The position numbers were made by a program, and so were the translations under genes. DNA of 64,000 nucleotides, from the NCBI GenBank assembly GCA_964276515.1, contig OZ193909.1:18662001-18726000 (forward strand), read 5' to 3'. This DNA comes from Gordius albopunctatus (Eukaryota). The notes under the pieces are model-generated. The model worked only from the letters and a program-made list of their open reading frames with translations, was not told the origin of the DNA and did not search any database. Of the stretch, positions 1 to 13,180 are shown in pieces; the first letter of the stretch is position 1; the number at the start of each line of letters is the position of its first letter.

Positions 1-1699
1 TGTGAAACTCTATAGCGGTCCCGGAAAAATTCTGGTGGTACCTCGTTAATGATCGGAAGATTGCGGGTGGATAATAAGAGGCGATGGTAGGTAACGTTAT
101 GCACGAAAGTTGCAATATGCACTGAGGGGTAATGCTGGTGCATAAAGACAGTGGGGCTAAGCCCGAGGCAAATGTGCCTCTAGAGAGCAGTGCATGACGA
201 TGATCTGATTATAAAGTTTAGTATTGCATACGCGCATGTTGAACCCAGTTGCGAATTCATTTTCGGGGAATAATGCCCGTAATGACGTGATTGGGGCTAT
301 GAGCCATATCACCTTTAAGTATTTCTGATAAGGTTAAATTTCCCAAATATTTTTGCTAGTTGCGCATGGCATGATTTATATATTTGGTTGGTAATGGGAA
401 CGTCGCGCATGATTGGATGAGAGGTAATACCATCGTAGTCAGGTCCAACGTTACCGTTCATAACTCTCGAGTTGCATTTTATGCAGGATACGCCAGTGAC
501 AAATTTTTTACACTCAGATGATGTCACCAGTACCCGTTTCGACGCCGAAGGCTAATGTATGGTATAGCAACGTCACTGATAATTTATGGTACCCCTGTGA
601 TCGAGAGGCTAGCAGCTCTTATTATGAAGTGGTCTGCGCGACCTGGCAAAGATGTTTTTGTCTACTCCTAGCTGAAGATAGCTAGGAAAAAGAAAGCAAA
701 ATACTGTGGTATTGCGTGAATATTCTGAACGCAACAACGCTCAGATATAAGGGATCAAGTCAGCCGCAACTATAGCAAGCTCGAGTCGTGAGAAAATTAC
801 AGTGGCAATAAACTACAAAAGGACCATTTGAAGCCTGAGCCACATAAGATCGTGGATGACTTGTTAAACAAAAAATACTTTCAAGCCCATTTCCATTTTC
901 CCAAGAGCTATTAAGAAAAACTACTGCTGGTCAAATACTCAGGTCCGAAGACCGGACCAAGAGAAATCCACACTCGGATCGGAGAAAGTTATCTTGAGGG
1001 TTAAGGTGTCGGGTCCGCACGCGTTTACGCTGTTCCCTTGTCTCTTACGGTATGATAAATCCCCTCACTCAACGCGTATGTTATACTTTCCTCACTATGT
1101 ACAACTGTTATTGTACGTTAATTAATTACTATCGCATTGTTGTGAGCTTGATAACTACACAGAAATCCGATGGCGACACAGATTAAAATATCAAGTAAGC
1201 GAACTTTTTATCCCCATCTATTTGGAGGAAATAATTTAGTTTTAATTTTTACTGATTTTTATTTTGCGCGATTTTTTATAATAAATTATTGTGCCCAGTA
1301 TTTAATTAAATTTTCTCTCGGTAGAAAATTAAAATGCACAGTAAAATAATCAAATGCATAGTAAAATAATTAAAGCTCAGTAGACAATCAATATTCATTA
1401 AAATAATTTTTTTACAGTAATTCGTTTGTTCAGTTATTTATTAAGAAGCTGTTTAATAAATTCTATCATTTTCGCCAAAATATGGATTCAAGCGAAATTT
1501 AAACCCATAACCTTGGTCGTAAAAGCGTACGTAGCGCGTCGATTAATAGTGCTCTTGAGAAATATTTTATTTTTTTGTTAATATATTAATAACAAAAAAC
1601 TTTTTCCCTAAAATTATACTTCCTTTTGGCGCTACTTTCAAATTTAACTTGATTAACTTGAAACCTACATTCTCAGGTTAACAGATTCTTGAACATTAT

Positions 1700-1900
1700 G
1701 AATCTGATAGTGAAGAAGTTGTCAAGGATAAAATACCACATCAATTCAAGAGTAGAAGTACTAATATCATTTGGGAAAAAGTTGGCACATATGAAAAGGC
1801 TGAAGAAGCAAAAATATATGTTCATAATGGCTAGGGGCTATGGTTTAAAATAACACTGAAGAGTGTATAAAAGTTTATTAGAGGTATAATATTGCGACTC
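1700..1900 (+). pseudogene. Possible degenerate N-terminal fragment of a MULE-type transposase
   Basis: Translates to ESDSEEVVKDK...IIWEKVGTYEKAEEAKIYVHN then stops; resembles the N-terminal region of the MULE at 10470-10600 (AYENVSEAKKY..W...NTE). Confidence 0.3.
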
Positions 1901-2442
1901 CTATGACTATTTTTAAGGTATATCTTTTAAATGTTTTTCTATACTTATAGAAAACATTACATCACCAAATATCAATATAAAGCTATGGATGCAGAGCTTA
2001 AAATTTGCTTATTTTAATGGCAATTGGCCATAGAAAAATAACTTGGTTTTATCGAATATTGTGTGCCATTAAGCATCGAGATTATTAATGAAAAGATATT
2101 AACAACGTCAAAAATTTAAAGTTCTAAACTTGATGAATTCAAGACACAGAATTTTTACAGCGTTTTCCTAAACTTTTGCACTTCGTTTGGATCTCCCGCA
2201 CACTAGTAGGAGAGAAAAGGGGTAATCCATCATAGCGTTTAACATGAATCACTCATTCCTTCTCTCCTCTTCGCATGTAACACACTCCTTCCCCAACCTT
2301 ACATTTTATTTAGCAACTCATCATACACCATATTTTGCACTTTTTTTTATAAAATGGTCGTTTTTTGTATAAATTAGTGAACTTTTTTTCAAATTTTTTC
2401 TAGTATAGTTTAAATTAATTAAACTTAAATTTTTTGATGGTT

Positions 2443-3897
2443 AATTTTTTTAACTTAAAGTTTATTCAACCTTAAAAATGAAATTTTGTCATGTATACGT
2501 TTATTGTCGAAAAAATAATGTAAAATAAAATATAGACATATAAAACAAAAGAAATGCATGTAAAATTTAATAATCAATATTTTCATTATTCAAACACGGG
2601 TCAATATATATTTTTACATGGGAAAAATAGTTTCGACAATCTTCTGAAGTAATCTAACGATTAATGTACTATTGTATATGTAAAATGTAAATTACCTCGG
2701 ATTTAGAATTTTCTACGAGTGTTAATAAATCCCTCTCATTTCGAGGTTCGCCTTTTCTCACGATGAACTTCAATTTGCTAATGACCTCCTCTATTGGATT
2801 TAGAAAATGGGAATATGGTGGTAAATATAAAGCTTTATGACCAAAAGCTGCTAAGGTATTTTTAACTAACAGGGAATGGTGGAATGAAACATTGTCCATT
2901 ACGATCATGCAGTTTTGAATATTTTTATTCGATAGGTATTCAAATAATTCAATTAAAAAGTCGTTAAATTTAGCGCTATTGTAGGCACCGTTCAAAATTT
3001 TGTAATAAATTAATTCTTCCTTTGTTATTGCACAGCACATGCTTAAATTTCGGCTTTATAGGGATTTAACCTTCTTTATTGCCCTTTCGTTAGTAGCCGC
3101 CCTTCCATAAATAGCCCTCATCGATATATTGAACCCCGTTTCATCCATGAATATAATGTTAAGATCTAGGGCTAAAAAACGGCAAAACATTTGCATGTAT
3201 TGCCGTCTTTTATTAATAACGTCATCATCAGTGCGCCTTTCAGGAATCATTGCTATGCGTTTAAACGAATAATGGAAACCTTTGATTTCCCGAGCGATTG
3301 TAGTAGGACAAACATCGATATTGTATTTATCCTTTATTTTTTTCCTTAAATCTTTTAGGGGCAGCAAACAAGGATGAAATTGACATGTGGTACATCTATT
3401 TTTTTGTCGCCCAGCACACTTTTTGGCGTAATCTCTCTCTTCTTCGTAAAAAATTTTGAGAGCTCTCATTGCTTGAAACCGCGATATATCTAGTAATTTT
3501 GCGATTTCAACATACGATTTTCCATCTTGGCTAAGCTTTATTGCTAATTTTCGAGTTCGCTGATACATCATTTTATAAAATACCAAAATGATGAACAAAT
3601 TTAGACGGGAAAAAAATTATTAAAGGCGCAGGGTCAGTTGCAAGAGTTCCCAAAACACATTTAACAATAAAAAAGGGGTGAGGTTCATGCCAAATAGGGA
3701 GACGGAAAGAGTTAGTGAAATTAGATTTTCATCCAGGAAATATACTATACATAATATACACCATGTTTTATTAAAGCCGTTAACAAAAAATTTACCAAAA
3801 AGAATTGTATAAATAATGAAAATCACGACAATAAACCTATACTATACATGACAAAATTTCATTTTTAAGGTTGAATAAACTTTAAATTAAAAAAATT
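2443..3897 (-). mobile_element. Tc1/mariner (IS630-Tc1, DD34E) DNA transposon, defective
   Basis: Inverted repeats of about 55 bp with one mismatch (2443-2497 aatttttttaacttaaagtttattcaaccttaaaaatgaaattttgtcatgtata versus 3843-3897) flank the transposase ORFs. Confidence 0.85.
2669..3571 (-). pseudogene. Tc1-like DDE transposase pseudogene
   Basis: HTH-like N-terminus, FMDETG, MDNVSFH and YLPPYSHFLNPIE (34 residues between the second D and E). The two ORFs are in the same frame, separated by one TAA at 3056-3058. Confidence 0.88.
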
Positions 3898-4044
3898 TCT
3901 CCTACTGCATGATAGGAATACGAAGCGCAAAAGTATTTCTTTGTTAATCACCCAAGATTCCATAAAATGGTTTAAGCTCAAATGTAATTTTCCAGTGCTT
4001 AACAATCCATTTGCAAGCATGTTGTATTTTAAAAAGTGTTGTAT

Positions 4045-4290
4045 ATGTAAATACGTGTATTTATATATCATTTTCTACAGATTAAATTATTGCTATAATT
4101 ATATAGTTTATTTAATAATGTAGGCAAAAATCCGAGTTGGCAGAAAAACATATGTTTTAATCTTTTTATTTTTCTTTTGTCTTAAAAACTTTGTTTTATA
4201 TATAGTTTATGTCCCATCCCCTGGCCCTTAATAAATCTTTATCTTTATATTTATTAGTATCTTTATTTCTAATAAAAAGACAAATAAAGA
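4045..4290 (+). repeat. Dispersed repeat (possible solo LTR or MITE), second copy at 53680-53935
   Basis: Shared sequence acgtgtattt.tatatcattttctacagatta..ttattgctataattatata...tgta.gc.aaatccgagttgg...ccctggccct at both loci. Confidence 0.65.
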
Positions 4291-4579
4291 ATATTGAATT
4301 GAGTAAATATTAAAAACAGCAATGTAATTTAAATATCGTTTCACCATAAATAAAAAAATGTTAAAATTGTGATGTAATTTTTTAAAAATATTTAGCGCCA
4401 TCTATATTCTGATAATTTTTATTTATTGACGTTCGTTCAAATTTATTAATTACTGAGGAAGGTTCATTTTCTTCAATTATAAAATGAGTATTTATAATTA
4501 ATTAAGCATCTAAAGTTAAATGAAGACTTTGTGAAAAATTATTAAACTTTTTTAAAAAATAATAAGTAATTTCAACTTA

Positions 4580-4860
4580 AATGCTCTGTAATTACTTATC
4601 AAATAAAATTATTGAGTAATTTTATTACTGAGGTACTGAGCAATATTATATTACTGAGCAATGCTCATTGATATATAATTACTAAAATGTTATAAAACTA
4701 CTAAGCAATGCTATATAATTACTGAGCAATTTTATTAAATTACTGAGGAATATATTGTCAATTAACTAGGCTTAAATAATTTACTGTGCACTCAAATAAA
4801 TTACTGAGCACATTTTACTGTTTATTATTGAATTTCTTACTGTGCACTTAAACAACATCC
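4580..4860. repeat. Degenerate ~20-bp tandem repeat (aattactgagca core); related arrays at 1280-1420, 5240-5440 and 8320-8570
   Basis: Recurrent ttactgagca/ttactgtgca motif at about 20-22 bp period; 1280-1420 is an inverted homolog of 5300-5440. Confidence 0.6.
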
Positions 4861-5013
4861 ATTTTATATTTCCCCATTCGCGCAATATGATGTCCTGCGG
4901 CGGTGTAAACTAAAATAACTGTCAGCAAAACAAATAAAAATACTGTATTTTTTCTCTGTCGAACACTTAAGACTAAACAAAACCCTTGTCTTATTACCAC
5001 ATAGGCTACACTT

Positions 5014-5166
5014 GGTGGCCCGTCAACTTGCCGAAAACAATCTCACCGAATTCACCTGGGACATTTTGTGATTGGTTCAATGGGGGAATATTTTAAATTA
5101 GGGGACCTGGTTTAACCGGGGTATATTAAATTCGGCGGGATGGTTTTCGGAGAGTTCATCGGTACC
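5014..5166. mobile_element. Small MITE with imperfect TIRs and an 8-9 bp target duplication
   Basis: Palindromic arms (caacttgccgaaaacaatctcaccgaatt / aattcggcgggatggttttcggagagtt) flanked by gctacactt (5005-5013) and gttacactt (5167-5175). Confidence 0.55.
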
Positions 5167-5772
5167 GTTACACTTAAGACATCTATGAATTGATATTGCT
5201 AGTTTAAATCTAGCCTAATATTAATTTTATTTTGAAATTAAATTATAATTACTGAGCAAAAATTTACTTAGCAGAATTGAAATAATAACTTAACAAATGA
5301 ATTAATTACCTAGCCAAGATTTAAATTACTGAGTATTTACTGCGCATTTGAATATTTTACTGAACATTTATTTATTCTATTGTGCAAATAAATATTCTAC
5401 TGGGCGATCATTGAATTAAATACTGAGCTCAATAATTTGTTCTCTTAAAAAAACACAAGGTGTATATCACAGAATACCATAGATAAACGGGGAAGTGGGA
5501 GAATGTGTTATAAAAATATAACACAATGTAGATGGCAGCATATTTTTAACCACACATGCATTAATTCTATCAAATAAAATCATAAATTATTAGAGAGTAA
5601 AAATTTATAGATTATATACATAATTTTCTATTAAAATAAATTTATTTGAACTATATTTTTTTTATTAGTGACTATAATTTAGTCGTAAAATTTAGATATA
5701 ATAAATGAAGCATACGTGTTGAAACCTCTAGGTGACCTAACCTCGACTTAAGGCTTTAAGGTTACATGCTAA

Positions 5773-6043
5773 GACTAATGGACTGCTCATTTCCCAATAA
5801 AAACTGTACCCCATTTTGGCAGCCATTTTAATAAGTGAAATATGAACTTTGGCCAATTTATATAGTTAGATAAATATTTTAAATCGCTATAATGATTAAA
5901 ATTGTTTGTTTCATGTTATAAGATCAATGATTATTGTCCAATGCAATCAATCGCTATACAAACCTACTTCACTTATTAAAATGGCGGTCGTTTTTGGCGA
6001 CAATTTTGATGTGAATATATAAGAGATGAGCAGTCTATTAGTC
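5773..6043. mobile_element. Foldback-type MITE
   Basis: Terminal gactaatggactgctcat / atgagcagtctattagtc and internal gccattttaataagtgaa / ttcacttattaaaatggc inverted pairs. Confidence 0.6.
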
Positions 6044-8825
6044 TATGGCTAATGTTAAAACCTTGAGGTCGTTATAAACATGTTATAAACCTCAAGTTTA
6101 GGTTGTTTAATAACCTCGAGGTTTTTCGTAAACTCTAGCCCAAACCTGACCATATATTATATTACTGTCAACGGATTTTTCACAAATAAACTTTTTGAGA
6201 TAAAAAAATATGAGATTTTTCTATTTTCGGGGATCAACAATAGTATTCATATTAATTGTAAAATCATCAATTAAATTATACATAATTTGTCAATGAAATA
6301 AAATAATTTATTAGTTGCTTTTTTGATAATCTGAATATAATATTTTTTTTATTTATTAATTTAATCGTCATCAAGTTCCAATTTATTAAAAAAAAATACG
6401 TGTACCATTCTAATATATGGGTGGAGTGAAATAGAATTTTTAAAGCTAATAAAGGCAAATATTTTAATGAAGACCTTCCAAATCTGTATTTTTACCATTA
6501 GTAATATTTTAATCTATTATTTAAACACTTGGAAATATTATATAAGATCTTTTTCTCCTATTTGTTAGCCTTTAATTGGGACAAAATGCAATTAATTCAT
6601 TGTATTTTCGGGGCGTTTACATTACTCTAACGCGTGGCTCGAATAACCTGAGCAGACCCGTTCCAGATCTCTACCTCAAAAAATTCATTTTAACAAAATG
6701 GGACACAAAATTAGCGAAGTATTCCAACTCGGGAGCGTGGAATCGAAATCCCAAGTTTTTCTCGCATAAGACAGTAAACCGTGACATTGAACATTAGCGC
6801 GACAGTAAAGTGAGCCCACAAAATGCATAGCAATTAATTATTATCAACTGTTAGCCTGTGTTTCGCATTATTACTCTCCGCTCTGGTAGTGTTGCAAAAA
6901 CGGCTAAGTGTCGTTTGGTTCTGGTCAGTTTATGGTGAGCCAAATAAAATCAAGCCATTTTACAACACTAGTCTCAGGTGTCCATATTTCGAGGAGAAGA
7001 TTTTTTATTTAGTAAAAGGTAGAGAGGAGTCTAAATAAAGAAGAGTATCTTGGTGGAGCAAGGGTAATCTTAAAATATACTCTAAAAATAAATGAGCTTT
7101 GTATATTCAATTAGCGACTATTAAAACTCATTAAAACCGAGCTGTTCTCTATATAAATTAGAGACGGATTTTGATGTTGAATTAGACGGGAACTAATATA
7201 TTACAATTAAATGCAAACTCATATAATAATTTAAATTAGGCTCTACACATATGTGTGCGCGCTTGAGCAATAGGCATGACCGTAGCCAGAATTGAAATTA
7301 GAGGGGGGGGGCAAGAATAGTTTATGGATGGGCAAAATGATCCTTTTATTTCAACACATTATTAGGTTTAGAGGTGGGTAGCCGACGTAAAGTTTTTTAT
7401 GTACTAATTTTATGTGATTTTTGTTTGGTATTGTGTTTTAATTGATATTAATTGGCATTATTGAAAAATAACATTTATTCAAATAAAAATCCTCATAAAT
7501 AGTTTTCATATGTTGCAATTTCTTAAAAATTAGACATATATATGTAATAAATACAAATCATAATATTAATAATTTACAATTATATAAATAGAATGTTTAA
7601 TTTTTTTGGTAATTTTAAATAGCCTGATTCTAATACATCTTTCCCATTTAGTATATCTTTTAAGCGGTCAAGAAATGGTTCAAAATTATCTTCTTACTCC
7701 TGCCTTCTCTGAGCTCCATTATCTTTCACCCTAATTTTTTTCCAAAATTTTAAATTTTCCGCGTGATGATTGCTATCATGATAAATTTATTCTGTATTAT
7801 TTCGGTCAATTATGTTGGCGACGATGTCCTTGTTGAGAGACATCTTTTTCAAGTTCTGCATGAAGAAATTAACAAGATTAAATAACACACACTGATGTTT
7901 TAGTCAGAAGATGAGACCAATGAACGTCCGACCAGCCCCCTTTTTAAATTAAAAATCTCAAAAGGACAAAGCGGACGTCTTTAGGGCAATTAAGGCTATT
8001 TTTTATTTTATTTATTTTGTTTTTGCGTAATTTTATTTTTTAGAATAAAATTGGATTTTAATTAATATAAAATATTATGACATACAAAATTCAATGATAA
8101 ATTATTCATATTGTGCCATAGACACCCCCCCCCTAGAGAATTGCACGGGTGACCCGAAACCCGAAAAATTTTGAAATTTCTTCGGGTCAGGTCGGGTATA
8201 AAGTGTCGGATCAAAGGTTTTAAATCTTACAATGCAAAACACACGGATCATATCTTTTGAATTTATGCTATTATGTATAATATTTTTTAATGGGTGTTTT
8301 TTAAATTCATAGTGAAAAATTCCATAATGCTCAGTTGTTTGTGCTCAGTTTTTAATTCAATTTGCTCAGATTTTTAATTAAAAATGTTGAGTTTTTTTAT
8401 GCTCAGATTTTAATTAAAAAGTGTTCAGTTTTTTGTAAACAAATGTTCAGTAATTTTTCAAAAAATGTTCTTTTTTTTTCAAAAAAATATTTCGTTTTTT
8501 TCCAAAATATGCCCAGTTGTTATTAAAAAAAATTAACACAAGAATGTTCAATATTTTGTGCATCATTAAAATTTTTAATGTTTTATGGCCTTGTAGGCAA
8601 GTATAAAAAAATATAATTTAGGTGTGGAAACCTTAGAGAGCTTTTATAATCGTTGTAAGTTATTACTCTAAATTTGTATAATAAAAATCGTCTTTATATT
8701 AAGTACCTATTATAATCAAAGTATATTAAAAACAAACAAAATTATGTCTTTAATAATCATTTATTAGGATAATATATACAAAGACGCAACAAAATGTTAT
8801 ATTCCATTAGTAAATTATTGTATAA

Positions 8826-10600
8826 TTAAAGCATTTTTAGCGTTTGATGGTGCCCTCTTCGTCTTTTTTGACCAATACTAATATTTTTGGCTTCTATACG
8901 AGGCTTACAGAATTTAAGCTTGATTGAAAGTCCTACAACCTGTTTGCAAATGTATTGCTTGAAAAATGCAGGGCAATTACAAATTCCTTTATCCCATTGG
9001 TGAGGATTGATTGGCATACTAACAATCCAAGATTTTGAAATATTCTTAGTATATTCATCAAATTATCTGTAATTAATTAGTTTGTTAATTTCAATATCAT
9101 CTTTATTAATAATATTGCTGCCTGAAGGAACATAATATTAAATATAGTTAGGGGTTTCCAGTGATATAACATTTTTATTTTTATTGGCTCATTGGTAGCT
9201 GCTGGTCCATAAATTAAGTTGTATAGTTGGGCTAGTTATGAATTTTTTATCATGTTTATATGAAGAGGACCATTTTTCAATCATATCCATGGCCATAGAT
9301 TTAAATCGTGACAAAGGCACTCGCTCCCTGAGAGTATACCAATCTTTAATTACCCTGTTTGTTGATTCTAGGGCATTATTGGTAGAAGGTGTATAATGTC
9401 TGTACCCTTCATACCATGTGTTGTTATTTATCAACCATTCCTTTTTAAAATATTTAGTAAACTGTGATGCGCGATTGGTCCATTTTGCCAAAAAAAGGTT
9501 TGAAGCCTTTTTAAAAATATCAGAGCTTTGACATAACTGTAACTTGTCTATATCACCAATAATTTCGTCTTGATCCTTTTTATCTGCTAATATCATCTGT
9601 ATTTAAAATTAATTACTATATATTATTAATAAACCTTTTTTGACACATTTATTCGTACGTGTGCCCAAAACACTACAATCATTTTGTTTCCATAGACACT
9701 TTTGAAAGCATTATGGATGGCACTAGCCGTATCACTTATTAATACTTCAAAGGTTGGCTCTACATCAACTAATACATTAACACCACTAGCTAAACTTTTA
9801 AATAAAAATTCATAATGTTCTTCTTTCTCATTGGTACACAGATAAATTCCTAGAAGTTGAAAGTGTCTGTCTAAATCTGTTGTTCCAATAATTAGAAGTG
9901 GAAAGCCTTGCCATGTTATCTTGTATGTAGCATCAGCATGCAACAATTGTGAGAGTCGTGAATTTAAGAGTAGCCTACATTAACTTTATTTAATATGACA
10001 CAATATATATTACCTTTTTGTTGATATAAAAAACTTTAATGTACTATTTCTATAGGATATTCTGTAAGAAACGATATAAGGTATATCATCATCATCAGGT
10101 AATGGGGATTTCGAAATGAGCCAATGCTCTAATTCTTCCAGGCTTATAGAAGTGGGGCCATATTTTTCTTTTTACCACTTAGGTAATTCCTTAACTGATT
10201 TATGGACGGCACTTGCTCTGACTTTTGAAGATTATTGAATATAGATTTTGTTCTAAGACCCATTGAAACCATTTTTTTAATTTCGCTTGTGTCAAATTTT
10301 GACCCCTTAATATCAAGTTCATCATGTGTATGTGATGAAGTTGACCGAAATATTATAACCCTATCAGTAATTGATTCATATAATAGGTATAATCTTCGAG
10401 CACACTGAGGGCCACGATATTTGACCATATTACATCTGAAAAATTTAGACATTTAAAAGCATAATTACCTGTAAGAAACTTTGAATCCTATTTCGGTGTT
10501 GTTCCTATACCAATAACTCCAATTTTTATTTTCTTACATGTATTTTTTCGCTTCCGATACATTTTCATATGCAATTACTTTTTTCCATGTAACTCCCTTG
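8826..10600 (-). pseudogene. Mutator-like (MULE) transposase with C-terminal SWIM finger, spliced, defective
   Basis: LHADATYK, ISD..SAI.NA, FWAHV, TNNALESTNR and SWIM-like CNCPAFFKQYICK. GT-AG introns at 10436-10468 (33 nt), 9975-10013 (39 nt) and 9597-9634 (38 nt) restore the frame; stops and frameshifts remain. Confidence 0.88.
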
Positions 10601-10699
10601 TAAGGACGAACCTTTTTGGGGTTACTTTGTACCAATATTTCTTCTTCTTCTTCATCTTAGTCCGATACGTAAGCTGGTACTTCCTTATAAGAAACTTCC

Positions 10700-10845
10700 A
10701 TATTTTCAAAAATTGAATTGTGGAGGGGAAATGTAAAACAATTGAGATTATTTTCAAAAAATGAATTGTGGGCGAAAAACTTAAAATAATAGATATTATT
10801 TTCAAAAAATGAATTGTGGGCGGGAAATGTAAAACAATAGATAGA
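10700..10845. repeat. Three ~49-bp tandem repeats upstream of the MULE transposase
   Basis: ttttcaaaaa(a)tgaattgtgg.....aaatgtaaaacaat.gag repeated three times. Confidence 0.75.
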
Positions 10846-10980
10846 TAAGAATTTGATGAAAATTTCAGTTTATTTATTTGAAAATTAATTAATTAAACTC
10901 GGGCCATCGGCCCTCGTGGGAGGTGGGGGGAAGTGAAGGGGGAACGAAACTTATCTATACTCCGTACAGACGTAGCATAT

Positions 10981-12029
10981 TTGCTATGCAATTTATGGGC
11001 GAGAAAGGTGGGAAGGGGCGAAAATGCCTTAAGGGTGGTATTAAATGCAAAATATCTGGACTGACGGGCATAGGGTAAATATCAATGTTAACCAATTCCA
11101 ACGCGAAAAAAAATTAAAATTTCGATTCACAATTTGGTCAATGGTTATTTTTACCATTGGTCAGTAGCCAGAACACGATCAAAAAGTCATATTATCAATG
11201 GTATTAACAAGAACAAAATATTAAAAAAATAAAAATTTTACCTTCTCCGGGATTCGAACCCACATTAATAGAGGCATAGGCTTTTGTAGCGGCACAGGGA
11301 ACCATGTAAGTAGAGGCATGGGCCCTTGTAGTGGAGGGCATAGGGTAATTATCAATGTTAACCAATTCAAAAACGAAAAAAAATTCGAATCACATTTTCG
11401 CCAATGGTCATTTTTTTTATTGGTCAGCAGCCAGCGGACGACCAGAAAGTCATATTAACAATGGTATTAACAAGAACAATATATTAATTTAATTAAAAAA
11501 AATAAAAATTTTGCCCTCTCCGGGATTTGCACAGGGACCCATATCAGTAGACGCATAGGCTTCTGTAGGGGAGGGCATAGGGTAATTATCAATTTTACCT
11601 AGAGAACTGCAAAGTCACTTTTTTTCAACCGAACCCGACCCGACACGAAAACATTTTCCAATTTTCTACCCGGACCCGACCCGAAATCATTTTTAAATTT
11701 TATACCCGGACCCGACCCGAAATCATTTTCAAATTTCGGGTCGGGTCGGGTCCAGGTCAGGTCGGGTCGGGTCTCGGGTCACCCGTGCAGTTCTCTAATG
11801 TTACCCAATTCAAAAACGAAAAAAATCGATTTATTTGGCCAATGGTCATTTTTTCATTGGTCAGTAGCCAGCGGACGGTCAAAAAGTAATATTAATTTAA
11901 TTAAAAAAAAAATTCGTCCTCTCCCGGGATTGAACTCGAACCTCCAGGTCAGAAAGCCGATGTAAATACATTGGAGGGTAACGGACGGACAACGGAAAAC
12001 CAAAAACGAGCCCATAAATTGCATAGCAA
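10981..12029. mobile_element. Non-autonomous TIR element with three internal ~270-bp tandem units containing tRNA B-box-like motifs
   Basis: Perfect 20-bp TIR ttgctatgcaatttatgggc / gcccataaattgcatagcaa. Internal unit gggcatagggtaa.tatcaat..ta.cc starts at about 11067, 11336 and 11573. Related termini at about 6815 and 59675. Confidence 0.75.
11600..11797. mobile_element. hAT-type MITE nested in the TIR element; a related end lies at 8134-8200
   Basis: TIR tagagaactgca / tgcagttctcta, near-perfect 8-bp TSD attttacc / atgttacc, internal (acccg)n and (cgggt)n subterminal repeats. Confidence 0.85.
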
Positions 12030-12107
12030 TTAAAAATATTAGCTGTGCAGCTTATTAATTGTAAGAAGTGTAGCTATATATAAGTGACATAATCCTTCAA
12101 ATATTTA

Positions 12108-12176
12108 AGGTGTAAAGGCTTAGTGGATTTAATGTGGGACTGGCTTAATTACCTTACAGGTTCGAATCCCGCCCCT
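12108..12176 (+). pseudogene. tRNA-derived degenerate sequence (A and B boxes)
   Basis: ggcttagtgg (A-box-like) and ggttcgaatccc (B box); no convincing cloverleaf. Confidence 0.4.
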
Positions 12177-13180
12177 ATATTGTTTTAATTAAAAATTAAA
12201 ACCACTTTGCATAAAAAAAACTTGGCAAGTGTAATAACTGAACATTTAATAAAAAACTTAATTTAAATCATAAAATATGCTGATATTCTCTATTAATTTT
12301 TTTTAAAAAATGTAAAACTTGTTCTTATTAGATGAAGAAACTATAATCAACTATTAAAATCACATGCGAGGTAAACATTCGAAAATTGCGATAGCGTTGA
12401 AATGACAAATAATGATATTCCGATTTTCTGCTTAATGGAAAAAGTTTCCCTATTGTCAAGGGTATTGGCAGCTATATGGCATTACATTATTAGAAAACTT
12501 GTTCGCGTCGAATTTCCGAGCAGCAAAATTTTTAATATAAAAATGAATCATCTGAATTTCTTCCTTCGTTGTTTTTATTGATGTAAACGGCTGTTATTTT
12601 GTGTAGCTTAAGGTGTGAAGGGCAAAAATTTTGACTATAAACAACAAAACAAACGTATTAATTATTAATAACTCCTTATTTCTCTGATAGTTGACGTAGC
12701 CCCAAAATATCGAATTACCGATTTTTAATACGATGGGAATTTAAGATAAAGAACTAGTAATAAGCATTTCTCTTTAACCACTCGATCCAAACCTATATAT
12801 GGCTTCGCAACATTTTATAACCATATTTTTCAAATAATTTCACCACAACAACAAAGAGATTAACCATATTATGCATTCATATACAAAAATGCACGAAGGA
12901 CATCCAAAACGGCAAGATCCAATTAAGAACAATGAAAGGGAATTGATTTTATTGTAAAAAGGGACCCAGTTTCATTTGTGATCATCCGATAATTTCTAAG
13001 GGTGGCATTAAATTAATCGACACAAAATAACAGTTAAAGGGGTAGAGGGGGTGGCTGTTATTTCATCAATAATTCAAGCCAAAATTCAAACCTCACCCAT
13101 CCAAATTTTTCAATTATTGTTCGTAGTTGATTAAAATAATTAGAAACGGGTTCTTTGAAATCTTCAGTTATTCCGATTTT

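Noticed and set aside
10700..10845. Regularly spaced repeats resembling a CRISPR array
   Set aside because: Whole units repeat with no unique spacers, there are no cas genes, and the DNA is eukaryotic.
12108..12176. Functional tRNA gene
   Set aside because: Acceptor and anticodon stems do not pair convincingly; kept only as a tRNA-derived relic.
13127..13180. TTG start given for the GPCR in the ORF track
   Set aside because: Eukaryotic context; the first in-frame ATG is at 13181.
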